Source of the DNA: Rebecca billardiae RCC1528
Lineage: Eukaryota > Protista > Haptophyta
Direction of reading: 5' to 3'
NCBI GenBank assembly: GCA_965240325.2
Contig: OZ251228.1
Span: forward strand, 2,604,001-2,668,000
DNA: 64,000 nucleotides
Shown here: piece after piece, positions 1 through 11,400 of the stretch
Layout: every line of letters begins with the position of its first letter
How positions within the stretch are numbered: the first letter of the stretch is position 1
Notes under the pieces: model-generated
The model's input: the letters and a program-made list of their open reading frames with translations, nothing else
The model's database searches: none
Told to the model about the DNA's origin: nothing
Program-made: the position numbers and the translations under genes

Positions 1-543
1 AGCGCCGGCGCGCGCTCCCGCCCGCCGCCCGCCGCAAGAGCGCGATCTCGCCGCCAACTCCGTATGATCTCGAGGGGCGCGGGAGGTCTTCACTGGCGAT
101 CCTGTAAGCTCGAAGAAGTCCCGCTGTGGGACTTCCGAGCATGAAGTCGTGCCGCTGCGCTGCGCTGGCAACCCGGCAGCCGTTCGCGGACGCGAGTCTC
201 CCGCTCGAGAAAAAAGGCCGGATTAAAAAAGCGCACGCGTCTGAACTGGTAGTTGTTTGGAGATGGCGACTGGTCGTCCCTTCGGTCGGCTCGCCACAAG
301 GTGCACACCGCCCTCGCGCCGGCGACGCTCACGCGCGAGGGGAGTGCGCGCGGGGCTAGCGCGGGGCGGGGGGCGGGGCTACTCGACCCCGGCGACGCCT
401 CCAACCCGCTCGTGGCGCGCGCCCGCCCCCCGCCGCCGCTCGCCAAGCCGCCAAACTTAGGCTCCAACAGGGGCCAAAAAGCGGCAGGTGCTTATGCCGC
501 CGAGCGCGGCCTCGACTCATTCTATGGCGGGCCGTAGCCCGTA

Positions 544-1274
544 GGCTTGCAAACCAAGCCCCCCAAAGGCCTGGCTCAACGGTGACACAGGGGGCATACC
601 CCCCTGTGTCATCCGGGAGCTTTTTGAATACGATCTGCGCGTGCGCGGGCACTCCCGGACAGCCGCTGCGAAGGAGGCCAGCCTGCGCGCGCCCTCCGCT
701 CGTCCGCCGCGGCGCGTGCGCGTCGAGGCGCATGACGGGCTTTGCCGTGCACGTCGTGCCCGTGCTCGCGGCTCATGCACGCCTCACGACCGAGATGCAT
801 GTCTTGCGCGCCCTCCTTTGGCTCGCACTGCGGTCTCCTCGCCGACAGCCTTGTGATCACACGCGCCGCCATTTCAACCGGTTGCTGGCCTGCCAGCTGT
901 CGAGCGTGTGTGTGCGGTCTGATCGATGTCGGCATGGCTGCCGGCGAAGCAGTGATATTGAGTACACCCATGCCCATCTCGCAGAAGCGAGAAAGCCGAC
1001 CTTTGAATGTCCCAGGGGCGCACGCGTGCCCATCACGCTCGTCGGACAGGCCTTCTCCAGAACTGCGCTTGCCATCCGGCAGGTCTCTGCGCGCGGAGAG
1101 GGCGGCGAGGGCGTCGGCGAGGCGGCACGATTGCTGCCTACGGGTCTTCTGGCCCCCACAAAGTGCCCGCGCACGGCTGTCACGCCCGCATGCGGCCTTG
1201 GGAGCGCTGCGCAGGCGGGCCCTCGCGTCGCCCAGTGCTCGCCATCCCGTTTTGGGGGGCTTGGTTTGCAAGCC
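544..1274. mobile_element. MITE with 24-bp TIRs and 3-bp TSD (PIF/Harbinger-like)
   Basis: GGCTTGCAAACCAAGCCCCCCAAA at 544-567 has its exact reverse complement at 1251-1274. GTA lies directly on both sides (541-543 and 1275-1277). No credible ORF inside. Confidence 0.75.
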
Positions 1275-3193
1275 GTAGGTCCGCCCCTTGTAGTGCCCGG
1301 GAAAAAGATATTATAAGAAAAAGAAAAAGAAAAAAGAAAATCGCCTCGCAAAGAAAAGATAACCGTAAAGAAGAAATGGTCCGCGGCCGTCCGGCCGTGC
1401 TGCGCAAACGATGTCCTCGCCAGCAGCCCTCTGTCCACCGCAGTGCCGTGCGCGAGTGCCGTGGCCATCCGCAAGGTTCCGGCAACTTCTTAAGATCTCT
1501 GGTTCCGGCATAGGATTAGGAGAAAGTCGAGGTCGGGTACGTGAGTGGCCCATGGCCATGCAAGCGGACCAGCCGGCGTCCTCGTGTGGCGCCACCTGTG
1601 CAGCACGACCGTGTTGGGTCGCATCATAGCTTCCCCTTGGCTGTGCTCGTGCTGGCTAACCTGACTGACGCGCATGCATCATTCGGCTCTGACGTCTGCT
1701 GATAGGATACGCGGTAAACTATACTACGAATATTACGAACTCGCCCTGGTGCCGGCCAGGCGCCGCACTGCGGGCGAGCCAACCGCGCCGTGCACTGGCC
1801 GGTTGGCCCACCGAGTGGCCATACGGCGAGACGTCACCAGGCACCTGACGCACGAGTCGCACGTTAACGTGGTGCGCTCCCTCCGCCTCCCTGCCGATTC
1901 ATACTTGATGCCCGGCGTCACACCTGACACCAGCTCACTGCCCCAACGCCCAGATGTGCGAGGTAATGGAGCCAGGGCTGCCGGCCGGAGCCCATCAAGC
2001 AGGCACGCCTGCGGCTGCTGCAGCCGCAACGTGCTGGCGATGAGACAGGGGACCAAGACCACCCCGTCCGCACCAAGCCATCCGCGATTGTGGTCATCCA
2101 GCCGCCCGAGGAGCCAGCCTCGGGCGAGCAGGAGGCAGACAGCTGCCGCCCGACCACCTGAGCGCGGCACCTGGCAGCACATGCCACACAACGGTGGCGC
2201 AGCTGCCAAGGGCAAGGCAAAGCGGAAGGACGCAATCCTGCGGCCAGCGTCGCAGCGGGCATCCATCCAACCCACACGGGAGGCCCGCAGCCGCCTAGCA
2301 GCCCAGCCCAGCCCGTCACAGACAGTCACAGCATTGGCTCTCGTGCAGCATCCGCACCCTGCGAGCACGGAGAGTTCAGGACGCAACGTAGGGCGGCGCG
2401 CGCGCGGCAGACGAGCCGGGCCGTCACCGCCCGCCTCCACAAGCCGCCCCCGCGCGCGCGGCGCGCACCATCCGCCCCAGAGTGGTAGCGCGCAGCGGCG
2501 CGCGGCCGCGACCCTGGTCGAACCGGGACGCACTGCTCACGCCGTGGCGCGGCGCGACGGGCGCGGCGCGGCGAGGTCGCATGTGCTTCCCCCGGGGGCC
2601 TGATCGTACTGGCTGAGGCCCCCACGCGCGGCGGACTTCGTGCGCGCCCCGCCTGATGTGCGCGGCGCAGCGCGCGCCGGGCTTCCATGGGCCGGTGCCG
2701 GTGCGCCGTGCTGGCAGGCTCGGTCTCGTCAAGCGTTACCCGGCGGCCCCCTTTAGCTTGGTTCTCGACAGCGAGGCCAACCATCGACGCTTGGACGCCT
2801 ACGGCCGCGCCAAGCGACGGCGCCGAGCGGGCGCGCGCGCGCGGCACGAGAGGTAGACTCCCGTAGCGTGCCTCCACACCCCGCCCGCGCCAGCGCACCC
2901 GCTCCCGGCTCTCTTTCCGCTCCGCGGCGGCGCTCGGCACCCGAGCCGAACCGAACGCGTGCACGGCGCACGACGCAGCGCGGCGCGACGGGCGCGGCGC
3001 GGCGCGCTCGGAATTTTCTCGCCCGGGGCTCCGAGCGTACGGGCCGACGCGCCCACGCGCGGCGCGCTCCGCGCGCGCCCCGCCGAATGCGCGGGCAGGC
3101 GTGAGGTGCGGGTCGCCACCCTTACGCGCGGCGGCGCGGCCGTCGCGAGCCACCCGTCCCAGAAAGCCCGTGAGCCCGTCTTCGGCTCAGCGG

Positions 3194-3223
3194 GCTCAAA
3201 ACATTCCATGGAATGTTTTGAGC
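3194..3223. repeat. Perfect 30-bp palindrome within a 13-bp inverted-repeat frame
   Basis: GCTCAAAACATTCCA|TGGAATGTTTTGAGC. It is framed by CCACCCGTCCCAG (3150-3162) and CTGGGACGGGTGG (3308-3320). Confidence 0.9.
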
Positions 3224-5834
3224 TCAGTGATTATGAAATGGGCTGGTAACGAATAGCTGCGGGTATTTTCAAATACCATGGACTGGCGGGAGCCTTGACG
3301 TAGGGGGCTGGGACGGGTGGGGTCCCCGCGCTTGGCGGCGACGAGAAGCGTCCGGACTCTCCTTGATGTTGCACAAAGCCGCGGGGGCGGCACGGTTAAA
3401 TCCGGGCGTGCCCCCCCCGCGGAAAAATCGCCTCGCTCACTGCCGGGTCGCTTCGCTCACTACCGGGCGCCCTCGCAGCTCCCACTGGGGACGCTCGGCC
3501 GAAAAGTGGTTCGCCCATGGCGCGGAGCGCGTGGGCCGCGCGCGCCAAATCCAACGCCGGCGCGGACATCGCGCGGGGATTCCCGAACGGTGTTTTCGCC
3601 CGATTCGCGATTGCTGCCCTCGTCGTCTCGCGTGCAGGTCGAACGGGGGCTAAATCGACCCGTTTGGAGCGGTACGCTCGGCGCGTCGACACGATCGTGC
3701 GACCTGGGGCGATCCTCGCGCGACGTGCACGTCGAAAGCTCGCACCGGCCATATCATCATGCGCTGCGCACGATGGCCGCCTCGCGCGATCCACCGTCGC
3801 GCGTCGGGCTCGGTGCGGAAAGGCCCTCATCACGAGGCGTCTCGCGGGCGGGAAGCGCCATCGCACGCGACGCAAGATATTTTTGGCGCGGCCTTCTGTG
3901 TGGTTGATGGCCGCCCCCTGCCCCCGCGGGCGCGAGGCGGCGGCGCCGCGTGCGTAGGCACGACCCCCGCAGCCTGCGCGGTCACGCATGACGGAGTGGG
4001 GAGACCCTGTCTGCCCACCCTTTCTCCTCCCCGAGCCGCTCGCTCAACCAGCCGCGCTCGCCACTGCGCAGAGCACATCGACAATGCGCACGCGGCCGAC
4101 GCGTTTCGACGACCTTGACTTTGACAAGACCCCACGGCTCGCAGACGGCACGAGGCAGGGCCGGCAGCGCCGTGGAGTACAGTCTGGCCCTCAACATGCT
4201 CCTTCCAGCGCGCAGCCGTGCCCCAACGCGCAGGCGGCGCCCGTGCTGGCGAGACGGCAGCCCTCGGCCAGGCCCACGAACGTGCTCGACGAGTCCATCC
4301 AGTCCATGGGTTGCAGGCTCAGCCCGCTGAGCCTGCGTAATGCCCACCCAGCCGCCCGAAAGGGCCCCATGCCGGCCTACACTGGCCTTAAACGTGTAGC
4401 CCTCACCGGCTTAAAAGGTGTACCGCCCGACTCTCCAGCCCCTGTGCGGCACCATGGGCATGGCACCGCTGGCAGGGACGACTGCTCTGCGCTGCCCATG
4501 CGCGCGCCTACACATCAGCTGCACTGGGTGCGCAGTGGCAGCGTTGTAGGTGCTAGTCCGGGGCAGACAACAGGGAGGCAGGTGGCCTGTGATGCAGGTG
4601 GGCCCGGGGCTGGCCCGAGGGCCCGAGAGCGCCCGACCGCTACCCTCGACGCCGGCGTCCCTGCCCGCGCTACTAGTCTCCGGCGCTCGGGCTGCAGCGG
4701 TAGTGCGAGCTGGCTAGACGAAGATGCGGGTAAGAATGGTAACGGTTGGGTGCGGGTGGGCGCCCGGAATTCGTCCCGAGTGCACCGCCGAAGTGCTGGA
4801 TTACAGGTGAGGTCTCCTCCAGGTGCGGTCAAGGTGAACCGTGAGCCTGATGCACGCACTACAAAATGGGGGAGATACTATTGTCTCGCGACTGAAGCGT
4901 TTGCGGATGGTGGTGACAGCGGTTCGTCTGCCTACGGTTCCTATCGGTTGGGCAAGTCTTGCGGCGAGGCTTGCCGTCCCGCAGGCTTGTCAGAGCAGGA
5001 CGGCGGCTGCTCCAGCGCGGCCCACCGTGACACGCTGCTGCGACGGCAGATGGAGACCCGGCGGCCGCGCGACGTCGATGGCGTGGGCGCGGATGCCAAC
5101 ATGAGTGACGCTGAGGAGAACGACCCGCCACATACTCCGTTGGGTAAACGGCGCCGCGGGGCGCGCGCGCAGCGGGCCGGTGCTGGTGCTTGGGCCAAGA
5201 CGCCTGACGCGGGGGCGCAGGCATCGGCCGAGCCGGGATTGCTGAGCGCGCACGTGCGCGGCGCCAAAGGCAACGCCGTCATTACTCTCCCCGATGACAG
5301 GATGCGAAGGGCGGCAGAGGCGATGGCCGAGGAAACGGGCCGCATGCGGCCGCATGACATGGCCTCCACGGCCGCCGTGCTCGCTGGCGACCAGGCGGCG
5401 GAGAAGGTAAATGCCGAGGTGGGCACTTCGTCTCGCCTCATCGCTTTCGACCACGCTGCCAGGATCGTATGGCTGGCCCACGCTGTGGTGGCAGCACTGC
5501 TGGTGTTGATGCAGATCACACGGATGCCGGCTGCTGGCTGCTTGACTGGGCTGGGCCTGGCCTCCCTGCCCCCCGCAGCGTGGCTGACGTTCACCGTCGT
5601 CGTGCAACCACGGCCAGCACTGGCAGCAGCAGGAGTAATGGCTGAGGTGCTTGTCTGGCTACTGCTGTTGGCACTGCGCAGTCGCCCCGCTTTGCCCCCC
5701 GCCACAGCAGTGGTCGTCTGTGATGATGATTGCTGTGACGTGAAGCTGTCTGCCACGCAGCGCTGCACTGGCACTGCGCGCGGTCGAGAGGAGGCAGCGG
5801 CGGTGCCAGCCCGCCGCTGCCTCCTCTCGACCAG

Positions 5835-8191
5835 GGGACCGCAACTACTGCATCTTCCACGCGCTCGTCAACGCGTTCGGCGAGGGCAACACCGTGCTCA
5901 TGGAGCGCGTGCGCGAGCTCGTCGGTGACGAGAAGCTCAAGAAGATGGCCGACCTCCAGGGCGTGAAGGTGGGCGAGCGCAACAAGCGCAAGTTCCTCAC
6001 GGGCGTGTGGCTCTTCGACTCGCCGGTCAACCACTTCATCTACCGGCTGTGCATCTACCTGGCGCCGCACTCGGACAAGGACTGGGCAAAGGGCATGCGC
6101 TTCATCGAGTGGGTGCTCGCCAACTGCGAGCTGGGCGAGGACGAGAAGTACGTGCTCGAGGGGCTGAGCGCCATCCACGGCTCGCGCAACGGCGTCTTCT
6201 GGGTGAGCGCGCGCGCCCCCGCGCGCGTGCTCGCCTGCGCGCACGCGCGCGCGCGCACGCGCGCCCGGACTCTGGGCACGAGCGGACCACCGCCCCAGCT
6301 GCGCGGGCGCGACGTGACCCGCGCATCCGTGCGCGCCCTCCGCCGCTCGCGTGCCCCGCGCCGGCCCCAACAGAAGAACGCGGTTGCCGTCTTCTTCTGG
6401 CGCGACCGCATCATCCAGTTCCTCGAGCACATGCAGGAGGTGCAGACGGCGCAGCGCGGCGACTCGGGCGGCAAGACGCGCGACTACCTGCTCGAGATGC
6501 TGAAGGACGAGAACGTGTACAAGGCGATCGGTGTCATGGCGATGCACTACCTCGCCGTGTACATGCCCGCGATCGGCGCCATCACCCACGTGGAGCACCT
6601 GTACGACCTCGAGCGCGTCTGCAACGATGTCTACACCAAGATGTGCGCGCTCAAGGCGGACCCGCTCTCGCTCTTCCGCGGCGAGTTCAAGCTGTTCGAC
6701 GATTATCGCAACGCCGTGATCGCGCGCAAGCTCGCCGCCGTCACCGCCGCCTTCGCGCCCTCGGGCGCCGACTCGGTCGACGGCGACGTCCGGGAGATGG
6801 TCGGGCTCGTCGCGGGCGGGATCGCGGAGAAGTGGCACCAGCACACGCAGGAGTGGCAGCGCGTCGAGCACGTCCAGCCGGGCGAGGAGGGCTACGAGGC
6901 CGCGCACAGGGAGTGGGAGAAGCGCGGCTCGCTCCACCTGCAGCGGCCCGACTGGCAGCGCGAGCGGAGCTGCAACGTGAAGCCGACCGGCTGCTGCGTG
7001 GAGCGCGTGTTTGGGATCGGCAACTACATCGCCGACAAGACGAACTGCTGCCTGCGCGCCGACCGGCTCGAGGGGCGCGTGCAGTGCAAGTACAACGACT
7101 CGATCGAGTACGTCCTCACCAACGAGCTGTTCGTGCACCCGGCCGGCCCGCAGCGCGCCGCGGCGGGCGCCGCGCTCAACAAGACGCTGCGCGAGCTCCT
7201 GCAGCGGATGTGCCGCCGCCTCGGCACGATCTATGACATGCTGCGGCGCGCCGGGCTGATCGCGATGCGCCAGGACGAGGAGATGAAGGCGAAGGGCCGC
7301 GCAGCGAAGGAGAAGCGCGAGGCGGAGGCGGCGAGGATGCTCGCCATCGTGCTGCTCAACACGTGGGACGAGCTCAAGGACCTCACCGTCGAGCAGCTCA
7401 AGGAGCAGGTGAGGGCGCGCAAGTTCCGCGGGGCGAGCGTGCTGCTGCGCGATGCGGCGAGCGGGAAGTCGTGCCTGCGCACGCTCAACAAGCTCCTCGG
7501 GCTGGGCGTCCCGGACGCGCAAATCGCCGGCAACAAGCCCACGCGGGCGAAGAAGCGCAAGAAGGGGCCGGTGCAGTACTACGTCGAGCGCGTGCACGCG
7601 GCCCTGGTCGTCGACGGCCAGCGCGTGTACCTCGTCGAGTGGAAGGGCTATCCGGACGAGGCCGACTACACCTGGGAGATCATGTCGAACTTCATCTCGG
7701 ACGGGGCCATCCACGCCGAGACGGAGCAGCAGATCGTCGAGCTCGACGCGGTGACGGAGGAGGACGTCATCGCGCTCGACGAGATGGCGCAGCTGGTGGA
7801 CGAGGCGAGCGTCTGCGCGATCGACGCGGGCGCGCGCGTGGTCGTGGACACGGGCGAGTCCTGGCTGCCGGGCGCTGCTCAGTCGGCTCTGCCGCGCGAC
7901 GCGCGGCCGTCGGAGGTCGCGAGCGTGCTCGTGGACGGCGCTGCGCAGCCCGCGCCGTACGCGCGGAGCGCCCTGCTCGTCGTGCCGGCCACGACGCCCA
8001 TCCGCGTCGGCGCACTCGTCCGAGTCGCCTTTGCCGACGACCGCGCGCCCATCACCGGGCGGCGCTGGCAGTACGGCAAGGTGACCAAGGTGAGTGCGAC
8101 GACGCAGCTGTGCAGCATTGACTTCGACAACGGGGAGAAGATGGAGGACTGCCCGCTGTTCGAGGTGCAGCTCGTCCAGGCCACGCCCTAG
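5835..8191 (+). CDS. DDE transposase-like protein (CxxH clade) with SAP-like, chromo and Tudor-like domains; 5' part disrupted
   Basis: Strong coding bias. Motifs: NYCIFHAL (CxxH), HGSRNGVFW-KNA across an in-frame intron (6203-6373), and PTGCCVERVFG (catalytic E region). Chromodomain YYVERV...YLVEWKGYPDEADYTWE at ~7577-7696; Tudor-like IRVGALVRVAF...WQYGKVTKV...IDFDNGE at ~8000-8170. A possible upstream exon remnant (LAGDQAAEKVNAE) lies at ~5380-5418. Confidence 0.7.
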
Positions 8192-8468
8192 GTTGGCTCG
8201 AGTCGGCATGGCTCGGCCTGTCAGCTGCTGTGGTGCCAAGTGCTGGCACGCGGCGGCGCGACGGCCGGCTGTCCGACCGGCTGGCGGCTGGTCGGCGAGC
8301 ACCACTCCGCGCGCGCGTCACGCGCGGCGGCCTGTGGGTTGTAGATAGACCAAAAGACGGTACCGATGCCCTCCAGGGGTGCCCCTGGGCCGTCTCTCGG
8401 CGTCAGATTGATTCTGTCGCTGTCGCATGAGCATGACATAGTGTCACCGGGTCACTGCGGGTGGGCTG

Positions 8469-11400
8469 ATGGACCCCCTACGGGGTGAGTCTCCCTGCCC
8501 AGGCTGGCGACAGGCACGCAGGGCCCACCCGCGTGAGCTGATGCTGGTGCATAGCACAACATGGGTCGGACTGCCCAGGAGCAGAGCATGTAAGCAAACT
8601 CGCAGGCGCAGGTGCTTGGCCCTGCCCCAGTCCCAGTGGCAGTGGGGCAGGGCGCCCCAGCGGCACCACTGCCGCCACCAGGGGCAGTGCAATGGCAGGA
8701 CAGTTGCCGGGCGGAGTGCCTGCAGAGGTGCTGCCTCGGCCAGACGCAGGCGTCAGCAAGCGCCACATAAGCAGGCGGTCTTGTTTCTGATTACCATGCT
8801 CATGCATGTCCCCCCCGAGCACAAGTGGCACCTGCGTGTGAAGCACGACTATGATGCAGCCGGGCATAGCGGGGCAGCAGGCAGGGCAGGGCATCAGTGC
8901 TGTGAACCCACCCGAGCAGAGGACGCCACTTCCAACCAGCGTGTCGGCGACCCAGACAATGGCCAGCGCCAAGGCGAAGCCAAGAACCCAGGCCCTGGTG
9001 GCTGCAGGCAGCGCCTCTCCATTGCGTCAGTCAACGTGGGGGGCATAGCCAAGCTCTCCAGGAGGGCCATGCTCCAGACCCTGCTGGATGACCACCAATG
9101 GGACATAGTACTGCTCCAGGAGACAAACCTGCGGTCAGCCCTGGCCACACCAGACATCCTACAGGGGTACACCACATACCACAACCCCCTCCCAGCGCAC
9201 CATAAGAGCTCAGGCAAAGGGGTAGCGATTGCTGTCCGCCGGGACCCTGCGCGGCCCATGGCTGCGCTGGACATCCAAGTGCAGGGGGGCACCATGCACA
9301 AGTCAGTGGCAGGCCACCTCCTGATGGGCACCCTGATATTCGCCACAGCAGCAGGAGATGTCTACCACATCCAACTCACGTGCTTCTATATCCCATGCAA
9401 CCCAGCCATGCGCAGCGCGGTGCTCCCTGCCCTGCACCACACTCTGGAAATGCACTCGGACATGGTCACTGGGCGCACAGATGCCCTGTGGATGGCAGCA
9501 GGTGATGCAAACGCAGTCTGGGCGCAGGGGGAGGCTGTCGCCCTGGACCCTCGCCGGAGGCACCAGAACAAGTCCCCATGCACGTTCCGGAATATGATGG
9601 AGTCATTGACAGGCATGCACAACATGAAGCCACCGGGCACGTTTGACCCCGCTACGGAGTACACCCACGTGTGTGGCAATACCGCCTCGCGCATTTCGTA
9701 CATGCTCTCGAACAGAGCTGACCTGGCCTGCCACGTCAGGCACAGTGACCCTGCTGCAGCGCTCGGCATCCCGCTCCAGACCACCGGCGAGGGTCGGAGC
9801 ACCCACTTCTTCATGATCGCAGACATACCCGTCGACAAGCTAGGCCACATACGACGGCCAAAAGTGCATGTGCGATGGCAGCCCCACCGGTTTTATTTCA
9901 GCGCCTCTGACCCACAGCATCGGGCCAAGGTGGTACAGGCCCTCCGCGGCCCAGCAGCTCAAACCCTGGCCAGAATAGCTGACGACAGTGGCACCATGCA
10001 CCAGCTGTACAATGACAATAACCTCCTTGACTTCCACGAGCACATGGATGCAGCAGCACGCGCTGCGGCAGAGCAGGCCCTCCCGGACACGTTGGCGGAG
10101 CTTACCAGCCTCGCTGTGGACGGAGTGGGGGCGGCTGACCCAGCACAGGCCCCCAAAGAGCCGCTGCGCCCAGTGGGCGGGCCCCAGAACAGGGCAGTGG
10201 ACCCCCAGGCACAGTCCCACCTGACCATGCACAGAGTGTATAGGGGAATGGTGGCCACCGTCACTCGCATCCTGCAGCTGCACAGGGCCCACAGACACAC
10301 CGAGTGCCTTGAAGGCCTCACCACTGCAGCACAGCGGGGGAAGATGATCCGCTCGCTGGCCATGCCTAACAGCAGGAGGGCAGTCCGCGCTCATGAGCAC
10401 ATATGGGGGGAGCGCGCCGCTCAACCCATGGCACAGCGAAACATGGGGGTGCCCCTGCCGGGTGGGGCCACCGCCCCGCCAGGTCAGGCAGGTGTCCCTA
10501 ACCTGTACGCGCTGTGGCAGCTGAGCCAGCGCGAGATCGCCTTGTGGCTGGCCGACCTTAAACAGATATGCACAACTTGCCTCATGGCCTTCGAGCGTGT
10601 CCAGCACAGATTTGAGACCGCTCGAATCAAGGAGCGCTATGCCAAGCTCACCCGTGAGATGCACCGGAAAGGTACTCACCACTTGCGGAAGGAGCTCCTG
10701 CCCAGGGATAGGCCATCTGGCTTCGAGCTCACCCTCCTCCGCACCACCGACCCCGCCACTGGCAGAGCAGTTGTCACAGACGACCCTGCACGGATAAAGG
10801 AGCTAGCTGCAGCCTACACTGCCTCGAACATCGGTCAGCCGGCAGAACGCACCCCAGGGCCCCACCCGTATGAGGACGACGCCATATGGAGGCCGATCAG
10901 GGACAGGTGGACCCCAGAGCTAGTGAGGGCGGTCACTGCACCCATGCGCGCCGAGGACCTCAAGCGTATCCTGGGCAGGGCCAAGTCCAACGGGGCCCCC
11001 GGGCTGGATAAGGTGCAAATCTGCAGCCTCAAACTGATACTAGAGGCACAGCCCGCGCTGAGGACAGTGTTGGTCAACTGCATCAACACTATCCTGCACT
11101 CCGCCTCTCCCCTCCCTGCACACATCACCCAGTCAGAGATTGTGTACTTCTACAAGAAGGGCGATGCCCTCGCCCTCAGCAACTATCGGGGGATCGCGCT
11201 GCAGAGCGTGATATACAAGATTGCTGCGGCCCACCGGGCCAACCAGATACAGCACGTCTGCGACAGGCTGGGGCTGCTCCGGCCCGAGCAGGCCGCGTCG
11301 CGCGCTGGCGGGCAAGGTGACCTGCACGTGGCCGCGCTCTCTGCCGCCATCGCACATGCCAAACGGCACAACCGCGAGCTGCACATCACAGCGTGCGACA

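Noticed and set aside
3988-5928. 646-aa ORF as one real protein
   Set aside because: Composition is patchy. It looks like a mosaic of transposase remnants and insertions, and the splice phases to 5835 could not be reconciled.
5591-8305. 904-aa minus-strand ORF, and similar long Arg/Ala-rich ORFs such as 39223-41361, 54872-56836 and 60320-62617
   Set aside because: These are antisense or off-frame shadows of GC-rich genes and contain no domain motifs.
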